A stretch of DNA of 64,000 nucleotides from Comamonas sp. (GTDB taxonomy: Bacteria > Pseudomonadota > Gammaproteobacteria > Burkholderiales > Burkholderiaceae_C). A program made the position numbers and the translations under genes. The notes under the pieces were generated by a model that saw nothing but the letters and a program-made list of their open reading frames with translations, did not search any database and was not told where the DNA came from. The stretch's first letter is position 1, and every line of letters starts with the position of its first letter. Positions 49,270 through 61,621 of the stretch are shown here, one piece after another. The DNA lies in the NCBI RefSeq assembly GCF_036643215.1, contig NZ_JAVXSJ010000001.1, positions 219,531 to 283,530 on the forward strand. Reading direction: 5' to 3'.

Positions 49270-51276
49270 TTACGCAGGCTTTTGAGGCGTGGGGCGCGTG
49301 CGGAAGAATTGCATCGGGTGCTCTTGCATTTCCTTGGCGTGCTGGTTCATCACCGACTTCTTCATCTTGCCCACCACATGCATTTCGCAGGGCTTGCAGT
49401 CAAAGCGCAGGGTCAGCTTTTCCTTACCGTTGATGAGCTGCAGTGGCTCGGCCTTGATGGTGCCCTTGACGCCGATCACGCCCTTGGCCTGCTTGGGGCA
49501 CAGACTCATGGAGAAGCGCACGCAGTGCTTGGTAATCATCAGGCTGACTTCGCCTTCTTCTTCCTTGCTTTCGTAGGCGGCGTCAATCACCTTCACGCCG
49601 TGCTTCATATAGAAGTCATGCGCCTTCTGGTTGTAGACGTTGGCCAGATAAGTCAGCGTGTCTTCGGGGAAGGGTGTTGGCGGCTCCACAGGCAGGGCGC
49701 GGGGCAGGCGCACCAGACCATCGGCACGGGCGGTCTCCAGTGCAGCCAGCGCATCACGGCGCAGCTGGTTCAGGGCGGAGGCCGGCACAAACCAGGGCTG
49801 AGACAGCGTCAGGCTGATGTCATTGACCGAGAAGATGCTGGCGCCAAAGCGGCCCAGTTGCTCGCGCAACGTGGCTTCGGCCTTGGCCGTATCGGTCGCT
49901 GCTTGGTGCTCTTGTTCGATGGATGCAGTGGCTGCAAAACCATCTTCATCGGTCAGCGTCAGGGTAAAACCGTTGGCCGCTTCCTTGAACTCGGCCCACA
50001 GGCCAATGCGGCGTTCGCTGGATTTTTTCTCCAGCGAGCGCACCCAGTCCATATCGCGGTTGCGGTTGATCTCCATGCCCTTGCGCAAGTCCTTGAACTC
50101 GGTCATTTCGCTGCGGGGGAACAGGCGCCAGATGCCTTTCTTGGCATGCATGCATTCCGCGCGATTGATGTGCACGCCCACCAGTTCTTTTTGCAGGTCG
50201 TAGTAGCACAGACCGTCGCCGTTGTGCAGCTCAGCGGCCTTGTCGCTGGTTTCGATCTCTAACCACTTATCACCCACTTGAGTGACCCAGCCAATGGCGC
50301 GGCCAGGGGTCTTGGGCGTGTCGAAGGCGCCGATGTCATCCTTGCGGCCGTTGACGAAGTAGTCGGTGAACTCGCGGTTGAAGTTCTGATCGGGATCGGG
50401 TTCAAAGTTGAAGGTGGTCGTGCCCGACGATGAGCGCGCCAGCGGCTGCTCGGAGAACTCGCGCTCTTCAATGATTTCGTCGAGCAGCTTGCGGTAGTGG
50501 GCGGTGATGTTCTTCACATAGCCCATGTCCTTGTAGCGGCCCTCGATCTTGAAGCTGCGCACGCCAGCATCAATCAGGGCGCGCAGGTTGTCGCTCTGGT
50601 TGTTGTCCTTCATGGACAGCACATGCTTTTCGTGGGCAATGATGCGGCCCTTGTCGTCCATCACTTCATACGGTAGGCGGCAGGCCTGGTTACAGTCGCC
50701 GCGGTTGGCGCTGCGGCCGGTGTGGGCGTGGGTGATGTAGCACTGGCCCGAGTAGGCCACGCACAGCGCGCCGTGGATGAAAAATTCGATGGAGGTGCGG
50801 GCCGGGTCGGTAGCTGCGCGCACGGCGGCAATCTGCTGCAAGTCCAGCTCACGCGCCAGCACGATTTGCGACAGGCCTGCATCTTGCAGAAAACGCGCTT
50901 TTTCGGGCGTGCGGATGTCGGTCTGGGTGGAGGCGTGCAGCTGGATGGGCGGCAGATCAAGCTCCAGCAGGCCCATGTCCTGAATGATCAGTGCATCGGC
51001 GCCCAGGTTGTACATATCCCAGGCCATCTGGCGCGCGCCTTCCAGCTCATCGTCGCGCAAGATGGTGTTGAGCGTGATGAAGATACGGCTGCCAAAGCGG
51101 TGGGCGTGCTTGATGAGCCGCTCCATATCGCGGATGTCATTGCCCGCCGTGGCACGCGCACCAAAGGCCGGGCCGCCGATATAGACGGCGTCCGCTCCGT
51201 GGTTGATGGCTTCAATGCCGATATCGGCATCGCGGGCCGGGGACAGGAGTTCGAGCTGGTGGGGCAGGAGAGACAT
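49270..51276 (-). CDS. rlhA: U32-family protein with C-terminal extension; probable 23S rRNA C2501 hydroxylase
   Basis: LELLSPA, GADAVYIGG, HASTQ, Fe-S Cys cluster ALCVAYSGQC...SANRGDCNQAC, SFKIEGR; 668 aa is the long YdcP/RlhA type. Confidence 0.8.
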   Translation of the reverse strand: MSLLPHQLELLSPARDADIGIEAINHGADAVYIGGPAFGARATAGNDIRDMERLIKHAHRFGSRIFITLNTILRDDELEGARQMAWDMYNLGADALIIQDMGLLELDLPPIQLHASTQTDIRTPEKARFLQDAGLSQIVLARELDLQQIAAVRAATDPARTSIEFFIHGALCVAYSGQCYITHAHTGRSANRGDCNQACRLPYEVMDDKGRIIAHEKHVLSMKDNNQSDNLRALIDAGVRSFKIEGRYKDMGYVKNITAHYRKLLDEIIEEREFSEQPLARSSSGTTTFNFEPDPDQNFNREFTDYFVNGRKDDIGAFDTPKTPGRAIGWVTQVGDKWLEIETSDKAAELHNGDGLCYYDLQKELVGVHINRAECMHAKKGIWRLFPRSEMTEFKDLRKGMEINRNRDMDWVRSLEKKSSERRIGLWAEFKEAANGFTLTLTDEDGFAATASIEQEHQAATDTAKAEATLREQLGRFGASIFSVNDISLTLSQPWFVPASALNQLRRDALAALETARADGLVRLPRALPVEPPTPFPEDTLTYLANVYNQKAHDFYMKHGVKVIDAAYESKEEEGEVSLMITKHCVRFSMSLCPKQAKGVIGVKGTIKAEPLQLINGKEKLTLRFDCKPCEMHVVGKMKKSVMNQHAKEMQEHPMQFFRTRPTPQKPA

Positions 51277-51392
51277 AGGGGCGGGATTATCTCAGGAAGG
51301 CCCTGTTTCAGCGCTGCGGTGGGGCATCGCCTGTCAACACGCGGTGGTCAAGACATGTTCAAATCCCCAGGTCGCAACTGCCGGATTCCATC

Positions 51393-51641
51393 ATGAGAGC
51401 TGTCTTTGGGGTGCTCAGCCTTGTTATCGTGCTGGCGGTGGTGGGTGTGATGGCCAAGAAAAGCTGGCAAAGCAGCCAGGAAAGTCTGGCCCGCCAGACC
51501 CCGTCTTTGCCTGCAGGGCACAATCAAGGCTCTGAGGCCGCCAATGTGCGTGAGCACAGCCAGCAGGTCCAGCAGCAATATCGCCAGCAGCTTGAGTCCG
51601 CGCTCAATGCGCCGCGGCCCATGCCTGACCAGGCGCCCTGA
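51393..51641 (+). CDS. Small membrane-anchored hypothetical protein
   Basis: N-terminal TM helix followed by a Gln-rich coil; ATG start, divergent from rlhA. Confidence 0.55.
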   Translation: MRAVFGVLSLVIVLAVVGVMAKKSWQSSQESLARQTPSLPAGHNQGSEAANVREHSQQVQQQYRQQLESALNAPRPMPDQAP

Positions 51642-51707
51642 TTTCACCGCCAAGCCTGCAGCGCTCAGGCCGGTGTGCCAGCCTCTTGTTTCACCCTAGG
51701 AGAAAGC

Positions 51708-52907
51708 ATGTCCATGACTGTTCGTGCGGCCCTGAGCCGTTGTATCCATATCCCATCCGTTCTGGCACTGGCTGCAACAGGCCTGCCACTGATGCCTATG
51801 GCGTATGCAGCAGGCGCGGCTGATGTGAACAAGCCTCTGGTGGTACGCATTGCCCATGGCGGCCCGATCTCTGGCCCCATCGCCGCGCTGGGCAAGGATG
51901 AAGAAAACGGTGTGCGCATGGCGATTGAAGATCTCAACGCCCGCAAGCTGCAATTAGGCGGGCGCAATGTGCAGTGGAAGCTGGAAGCTGGTGACGATGC
52001 CGGTGACCCCGGTCAGGCCACTTCTCTGGCGCGCATGTTCTGCGACAAGAAGGTGGCAGCGGTGGTTGGCCACCTGCAGTCTGGCACCACGCTGCCTGCA
52101 GCCAAGATTTACAACGAATGCGGCATCCCTAACATCACGCCCGCAGCCACCAACCCAGCCATTACTGACGTGGGCTATGACGACACCTTCCGCGTCATCG
52201 CCAGCGACAAAGCCATGGTCGATGCCTTGCTGGACTATGCCGTCAAGCATCAGGGTGTCAAGCGCGTAGCCATCATTGATGACCGAACTGCCTATGGCCA
52301 GGGCATCGTCAAGCTGTTTGAAGCGGCCGCTGCCGAGCATGATGTGCAGATCGTGGATAAGCAGTACACCAGCGACAAGGCTACGCAGTTCTCGTCCGTC
52401 CTCACTGCTATCAAGGGCCATAAGCCCGACGCGATCTTCTTTGCGGGTCTCGATGCTCAGGCGGGCCCCATCCTGCGCCAGATGTCGCAGCTGGCCATGA
52501 ATCAGGTCAAGTTTCTGGGCGGTGACGCCCAATGTTCCGAGCGCTTGCCGGTGATGGCCGACAAGGCCCCCGCACTCAAGAATGTGGTCTGCGTGATGAG
52601 CGGCAACTCGCTCGCCAGCATGCCCGGTGGTCTGGCGTGGAAGCAGAAGTACGACCAGCGCTTCCCCGGCCAATATCAGGTTTACAGCCCTTACGCGTAT
52701 GACGCCACCATGGTGCTGGCGCAGGCCATCATCAGCGCGGATTCTGTTCACCCCGAAGCCTATCTTCCCCGCCTGCGCCAGACGCATTACGAAGGCGTGA
52801 CCGGTACGATTGCCTTTGATTCTCAAGGCGAGCTGGAGAACCCGCGCGTCACGCTTTACGGCTATGCCTCGGGCGAACGCAAAGAGCTGGTGGTGCCGGC
52901 TCGTTGA
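51708..52907 (+). CDS. Branched-chain amino acid ABC substrate-binding protein (LivJ/K family), orphan
   Basis: GPISGPIAALG, DDAGDP, VVGHLQSG, DDRTAYGQG, YAYDA. Start refined with AGGAGA RBS. Confidence 0.88.
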   Translation: MSMTVRAALSRCIHIPSVLALAATGLPLMPMAYAAGAADVNKPLVVRIAHGGPISGPIAALGKDEENGVRMAIEDLNARKLQLGGRNVQWKLEAGDDAGDPGQATSLARMFCDKKVAAVVGHLQSGTTLPAAKIYNECGIPNITPAATNPAITDVGYDDTFRVIASDKAMVDALLDYAVKHQGVKRVAIIDDRTAYGQGIVKLFEAAAAEHDVQIVDKQYTSDKATQFSSVLTAIKGHKPDAIFFAGLDAQAGPILRQMSQLAMNQVKFLGGDAQCSERLPVMADKAPALKNVVCVMSGNSLASMPGGLAWKQKYDQRFPGQYQVYSPYAYDATMVLAQAIISADSVHPEAYLPRLRQTHYEGVTGTIAFDSQGELENPRVTLYGYASGERKELVVPAR

Positions 52908-52924
52908 ATGTTAATGGGCTGGTT

Positions 52925-54372
<1,448 letters not shown>

Positions 54373-54470
54373 TCTGCAGCCCATGCTGCAGATCATTGAT
54401 CTGAACTCTTGAATCTGCGGATTCATCACCCTTTCACGGAGCATGCAGCCAGCGGCTGCATGAAAAGGCT

Positions 54471-55598
54471 TTGGCAACCTCGCGCAAATCCCCGGCATCC
54501 AGCCACGATCACGCACACCAGCATTCGCACAAAAACGGCCATGAAGAGCATGTGCACGACGAGCATTGCGGCCATGAACACCACGCGCATCACGATCATG
54601 TGCATAGCGCCGACGTCAGCTGCTGTGGCCATGACCACAGCCATGGTTCCAGGCACATTTATATCTATTCGCCCTCGGGCGCGGTGCGCGACAAGGCAGC
54701 CTTCAAGCGCGGTATCAAGCAACTGGAGGCTCTGGGCCACGAGGTTGAGGTCGATGCTGATGCACTGACCAGCAGCCAGCGCTTTGCGGGCGATGACGCC
54801 ACGCGTCTGGCCGCCATTCACCGCGCTGCCGCCAGCGGCGCCGATGTGGCACTGATCTCGCGCGGTGGTTACGGCCTCACGCGCATCCTGCCTGGCATCA
54901 AGTACAAGACCGTGGCCAAGGCGATCGCCAACGGCACCAAGTTTGTGGGCCTGAGCGACTTCACCGCCTTCCAGCTGGCCATGCTGGCCCAGACCGGTGC
55001 AACCACCTGGGCTGGCCCCGCGCTGAATGCCGACTTTGGTGTGGACGCCAAGAAAACGGGTGAACCCGTGGACGACATCATGCTCGACTGTTTTGAGGAT
55101 TTGCTCAGCGGTCAGGGCGAGGGCGCAGGCTGGCAAATGCCCAAGATTGGCGAGCTGCCCAACGGCAAGCCCCAGCTCAAGGACTTCTATGTGCCCGGCG
55201 CTGCCACGCTGTGGGGCGGTAACCTGGCGGTGCTGGTGTCCCTGCTGGGTACGCCGTACTTTCCGCAGATTGAGGGCGGCATTCTGTTTATTGAAGACGT
55301 GGGCGAGCACCCCTACAAGATTGAGCGCATGCTCACTCAGCTGATGCTGGCCGGAGTGCTGCAAAAGCAGAAGGCCATCGTGTTTGGTCAGTTCACCGAG
55401 TTCAAACTCACCACGCACGACAAGGGCTTCAAGCTGCAGACCGTCATCGACTGGTTGCGCATGCAGATCAAGCGCCCTGTGCTGCAAGGCCTGCCGTTTG
55501 GTCATGTGCCGACCAAGGTGCTGCTGCCTGTTGGTGCACAAGTGTCTTTGTCCGTGGAAGGCCGTGACGCCCTGATTTACTGGGGTCATACTCATTAA
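54471..55598 (+). CDS. ldcA: LD-carboxypeptidase (peptidase S66) with His-rich N-terminal extension
   Basis: SRGGYG, GLSDFT (Ser nucleophile), GGNL, IEDVGE, LPFGH. Confidence 0.85.
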   Translation: MATSRKSPASSHDHAHQHSHKNGHEEHVHDEHCGHEHHAHHDHVHSADVSCCGHDHSHGSRHIYIYSPSGAVRDKAAFKRGIKQLEALGHEVEVDADALTSSQRFAGDDATRLAAIHRAAASGADVALISRGGYGLTRILPGIKYKTVAKAIANGTKFVGLSDFTAFQLAMLAQTGATTWAGPALNADFGVDAKKTGEPVDDIMLDCFEDLLSGQGEGAGWQMPKIGELPNGKPQLKDFYVPGAATLWGGNLAVLVSLLGTPYFPQIEGGILFIEDVGEHPYKIERMLTQLMLAGVLQKQKAIVFGQFTEFKLTTHDKGFKLQTVIDWLRMQIKRPVLQGLPFGHVPTKVLLPVGAQVSLSVEGRDALIYWGHTH

Positions 55599-55648
55599 TT
55601 GATAGCTGCTGGCGCTTGATCAATAAGCGCTACAGCCTGTTTTTAATG
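55591..55648 (-). repeat. REP-like palindrome copy at the ldcA stop (closest to consensus)
   Basis: Reverse complement aaaaacaggctgtagcgcttattgatcaagcgccagcagctatcaattaatgag. Confidence 0.78.
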
Positions 55649-55673
55649 GAATACAAAAAAGGAATGGGCTCGC

Positions 55674-56144
55674 ATGGGCAAAGCTGCACTGCAATGGACC
55701 GATGAGATGCTTGCCCAGCTGGGCCGCGAAAAAGATGCTGTGCTGGCTGAGCGCTGGGGCACATCGGCCAAGACCGTAAACCTCAAACGCAATGCGCTGG
55801 GGATTGCGGCTTTTGGACATTTTCAGTGGACGCCTGAGGCCATTGCGTTGCTGGGCAGCGAGTCAGATGCTGAGCTGGCCAAGCAACTGGGTATCAGCAA
55901 AGCCAGCGTAGTGGCCAAGCGAGGTGAGCTGGGTATTGCCTCTGTAACCGGCGCTGGCACCAGCGCTTTTGTCTGGAGCGATGCTGCGGTCGCCTTGCTC
56001 GGCACCGCATCGGATGCCAAAGTGGCCCTGCAGCTGGGCCTGAGCCGCCTGAGTGTTTACAACGCCCGCATGGCGCGAGGCATTGCGGCAGCGGGCAGAG
56101 GTGGCACAGGCCAGTCAGCGGAAGACCTCACCAGTCAGCCATGA
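55674..56144 (+). CDS. Hypothetical protein with three tandem HTH-like repeats
   Basis: Three repeats of W(T/S)x5-6LGxxxDxxxAxxxGxSxxxVxxxRxxxGI. Confidence 0.7.
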   Translation: MGKAALQWTDEMLAQLGREKDAVLAERWGTSAKTVNLKRNALGIAAFGHFQWTPEAIALLGSESDAELAKQLGISKASVVAKRGELGIASVTGAGTSAFVWSDAAVALLGTASDAKVALQLGLSRLSVYNARMARGIAAAGRGGTGQSAEDLTSQP

Positions 56145-57934
56145 GTGCAAGCCACCAGCCAGATGCTGAATTGATGCGCGCCATGCCTTTGCGGGCAGTG
56201 CGTACGGTGCTTCTGGGCTGGCTCTGGCTGGCAGCGCTGGCCGGTTTTTCTCACCTTCTGACACGGCTGCCGCCATGGGCCTGGCTGCTTGCCGTACTGC
56301 TGCTGGCACTGCTGGCTGCATGGGGCCTGTGGCTGGCTTTCATGCTGCGCAAAAAGCTGCTGCGCTTTCAATTTTCACCACAGGGGCGCATAGCGCGCTG
56401 GCTTTCAGGCGGCTGGTGGCCAGCCTGCAAGGCATTGGTGCTGGCGTTGCTGCTGTGCACAGCAACGCTCTGGCAATCATGGTTTCTGGCGCCTTGGGAA
56501 TGGGGGCTGCTGGCCTGCGCTCCCTTGCTGTATGTGGGCTGGAATGGGTGGGCGCAGCGCAAGCTGGCGCTTGAATTTTCTTCTTCAGCCTTTGCATGGG
56601 CGTGGAGCCAGCGCATGGCTAAGTGGCTGCTGCTGGTGATTCTGGGCAGCGCCTGGTTGTATGGCATGGCTCGCCAGCAGGACTTTGGCCGTGCGCTTTC
56701 TGCAGGTATGGAGCCTGCGGTATTGAATGCCGCGTTGAACCAGATTCACGCTGCTCCATCTGGCTTGGTGCGCTGGGGGCTGGATGCTTTGCTGGCCGTG
56801 CAGATCGCAGGCGGCGCGCTGGCCGATTTACCGCAAACACCTGTTTTGCGTTGGCTGCTGCTGGCGCTGTTTGGGCCGGTGGGTGTACTGCTGTGTCTGG
56901 GCAGCGCCATGCAGGGGGCTGCAGGCTCTGCGGCTATTTTTCGGCAGGCCAGGCCGCCTCAGGCTGCTGGCTCTGCAGTGAATAGCGCGCCGTTGCTGGC
57001 ACTGGTGGCTGTGCTGGTTCTGGGCATTCTGGTTCAAACCACCGCCAGTGTGGATGGGCTGGCACGCCAGAACGAGAGCCCGCTGGCGCTTAAACCTCTG
57101 ATCGAATGCGAGCGCATTGGTCAGCAGCTCTACAGCCTTGGGACGCTGGAGGCGACACGCAAGCAGGCCTTGCAAATACTGGGCAAGACACAGGCGAGCA
57201 AGGCGCTGTGCCAGAGCATTCCGGCCATCAATCAGCAACTGGATGCGGCCGTGGAGCGCTATCTGGACTGGTACTTCAGCCTAGGCGCAGAGTGGGGGCG
57301 TATCTTCAGCCTGCTGACGGGTGATGTCAGTCAGTTTTTGCAGCGCAAACTGACCGAGACCTTAGGCGCAACGCCCGGGCTTGAGGGCTGGATTCAGAGC
57401 CTGCAAAAGCAGGCTCAGACAAGTGGCGCAGTCCTTTCACAAGGTCAGCAACAGATTCAGGAAACGCTGGCGCGCCACCATCTGGCGCTGGATGCCAGCC
57501 AATGTCGGGTGCGGGCCGCTGTGCCTCAATTGCCCGCACTGGATTTGCTGGGCAATGCTCGCCAGCGTCTGACGGTCAGCGCAGCGGCAGGCACGGGGGC
57601 TGGCGCTTTTGCGGCGGTGGTCGCAGGCAAGGCCATGGCCAAAACTTCCATGAAAGCCGCAAGCAAGGTGCTGGCCAAAGCCGCCGCCAAGCAGGGGCTG
57701 GGCAAGGCAGGCGCAGCGGTGGCTGGTGCGGCCGTGGGCTCGGTTGTGCCAGGCATTGGTACGGCTGCCGGTGCGGTTGCCGGAGCCGTGGCCGGTGCCT
57801 TGCTGGGCGTGGGCATTGACTGGGCTGCTCTATACGCCGAGGAGCTGCTGACCCGGGACGCCATGCGCGAGGATTTGCGCACGGCGCTGAAAGAGCAGCT
57901 TCAGGCAGTGAGTCAGGCCATGGGCTGCCCATAA
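56141..57934 (+). CDS. Multi-pass membrane protein with C-terminal glycine-zipper region
   Basis: About 8 hydrophobic segments, soluble helical middle, C-terminal AGAAVAGAAVGSVVPGIGTAAGAVAGAVAG; ATGA overlap with the upstream gene. Confidence 0.7.
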   Translation: MSASHQPDAELMRAMPLRAVRTVLLGWLWLAALAGFSHLLTRLPPWAWLLAVLLLALLAAWGLWLAFMLRKKLLRFQFSPQGRIARWLSGGWWPACKALVLALLLCTATLWQSWFLAPWEWGLLACAPLLYVGWNGWAQRKLALEFSSSAFAWAWSQRMAKWLLLVILGSAWLYGMARQQDFGRALSAGMEPAVLNAALNQIHAAPSGLVRWGLDALLAVQIAGGALADLPQTPVLRWLLLALFGPVGVLLCLGSAMQGAAGSAAIFRQARPPQAAGSAVNSAPLLALVAVLVLGILVQTTASVDGLARQNESPLALKPLIECERIGQQLYSLGTLEATRKQALQILGKTQASKALCQSIPAINQQLDAAVERYLDWYFSLGAEWGRIFSLLTGDVSQFLQRKLTETLGATPGLEGWIQSLQKQAQTSGAVLSQGQQQIQETLARHHLALDASQCRVRAAVPQLPALDLLGNARQRLTVSAAAGTGAGAFAAVVAGKAMAKTSMKAASKVLAKAAAKQGLGKAGAAVAGAAVGSVVPGIGTAAGAVAGAVAGALLGVGIDWAALYAEELLTRDAMREDLRTALKEQLQAVSQAMGCP

Positions 57935-58025
57935 GTTGGGCTCAAAACCTGCGACGCGTGTACTGTCTAGGGCTGCGATCGCGCCTGCAAAGTCGTACAG
58001 TGATGATTCATTGCAGGAGTTGAAC

Positions 58026-58391
58026 ATGCTCAATTACTCCCTTATGAAACCTGAAGGAATCTTGTTGCTGGAGCCCCATGGGCCGTTGACCGAGCAGGAT
58101 TTCGACGGCGTAAGCCAGGATGTGGACGCATTTCTGGAAGAACACCCCAAGCTGCACGGCGTGATGGTTCAGGCCAAGGACTTTCCCGGCTGGGAAAACT
58201 GGGCTGGGTTCAGTGCTCATATGAACTTCGTGCGTGACCATCGCAAGCAAGTGGAGCAGGTTGCTCTGGTCACAGACAGCCATCTGGCAGGTATGGCCGA
58301 GTTCATGGGCAAGCATTTCTTGGGGGCCGAGGTTCGGCATTTTCCGTTTACCGAAGATGCCAAGGCCATGCAATGGCTGCATTCGGCTTGA
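58026..58391 (+). CDS. STAS/SEC14 (SpoIIAA-like) protein
   Basis: GPLTEQDF, FPGW, VALVTD, EVRHF...AMQWL; CAGGAG RBS. Confidence 0.8.
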   Translation: MLNYSLMKPEGILLLEPHGPLTEQDFDGVSQDVDAFLEEHPKLHGVMVQAKDFPGWENWAGFSAHMNFVRDHRKQVEQVALVTDSHLAGMAEFMGKHFLGAEVRHFPFTEDAKAMQWLHSA

Positions 58392-58409
58392 GCCTTGTCT
58401 TAACTGCGA

Positions 58410-58444
58410 GCCATCTCTCCCGCAAAAAATACGAGAGAGATGGC
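58410..58444. terminator. Hairpin between the convergent SpoIIAA-like gene and fusA
   Basis: gccatctctc...gagagatggc stem. Confidence 0.55.
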
Positions 58445-58459
58445 GGCACTGCCTAACCT

Positions 58460-60583
<2,124 letters not shown>

Positions 60584-60844
60584 GATGACCTCCCTGAAAC
60601 ACGGTTCTGCAAATGGAGCACCGAAACCGCCGTTGCGGCACCGGCAACCTGACGAAGCGCACTGAATGCGCGGCTACAAGCGTACTCCCAGTGCAGGTAT
60701 CGCGGGGAAGTCTGGCAGCATACAAGGAAAAATATTTTGCAGATGGCTCTGGTGACTGCTGCCCGAGCCTGTCGCTCTGGCCGTCGTGGCGCTGCGCGGT
60801 TTTTACGTTACACAGGCGATAAGCCTGCCAAAGGAGTCTGGAAT

Positions 60845-61093
60845 ATGGCGGAGCAAAGCATTCAGATTACGGCCCACAAAATTCTCTACATCCTGGTGGT
60901 GGAGCAAAGCTTGCGTGCCGGCGAGAGCATGAGCATCAAGGCGCTAGCGTCAGATCTGCAAAGACATGGCATCAGCGAGAGCGAGCGTCAGCCTGCGCTG
61001 GACTGGGCCATCAGCAAGGGCTGGCTGGAGCAAGGTCCGGATGCTGAAGTGCGCCTGACCGAGGCCGGTTTTGATATGAACTTCACCCAGTAA
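60845..61093 (+). CDS. Small winged-helix-like hypothetical protein (82 aa)
   Basis: AAGGAG RBS; ALDWAISKGWLEQGPDAEVRLTEAG resembles a recognition helix plus wing. Confidence 0.6.
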   Translation: MAEQSIQITAHKILYILVVEQSLRAGESMSIKALASDLQRHGISESERQPALDWAISKGWLEQGPDAEVRLTEAGFDMNFTQ

Positions 61094-61118
61094 AGAGAGG
61101 GAGGGGGCTGCCCCATCC

Positions 61119-61502
61119 TTACTCCAGATAAATGCCTTTTTCTTTTTTGCGTGCCCGCATGCCGGTGCGCAAAAACAGATCGCTGCCGCCTTGCACGGCC
61201 AGGGGCTTGCCGGTGGCGGCGGCCAGGTGCGCGTCAGCGCGCTCTTCCCAATGCTCAAGCAGGTCTTGCAGGGCCACACGCTCAGAATCTTTGAGCTGTG
61301 GGTGCTGCTGCAAAAACTCCTGCAGATATTGACGTGCATCTATTCCCAGCTGCTCACGGGTGGTGGCTAGCGAGATATAGCTGACGTTATCGTCGCGGCC
61401 CGTGGTGTGTGTGCCCAGCAGATAGCAGCCAATATAGTCGCCACGGGTCTGGCCTGCGGGAGGGTCCTGGCTGAGTTTTTTGAGCAGGCTGAATGGCCAC
61501 AT
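61119..61502 (-). CDS. Hypothetical protein (MWPFSLLKKLSQD...)
   Basis: C-terminal part of ORF 61119..61808 with globular-looking sequence; start inferred. Confidence 0.5.
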   Translation of the reverse strand: MWPFSLLKKLSQDPPAGQTRGDYIGCYLLGTHTTGRDDNVSYISLATTREQLGIDARQYLQEFLQQHPQLKDSERVALQDLLEHWEERADAHLAAATGKPLAVQGGSDLFLRTGMRARKKEKGIYLE

Positions 61503-61621
61503 GCGTTGAATTCCTAACACCGGGCCTGTGCCCAAACAGGTATTGTCTCTCATGCTTTGTGGCCACGGCCATGTGGTTGTTGCGCACAGATCAGCAAGAA
61601 GACCAGCAAAAAGAGGTGCAT

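Noticed and set aside
57950-58005. Possible further palindromic repeat before the SpoIIAA-like gene (TGTAC...GTACA, GTACTGTCT)
   Set aside because: Similarity to the 11083 element is limited to a few bases, so it cannot be supported.
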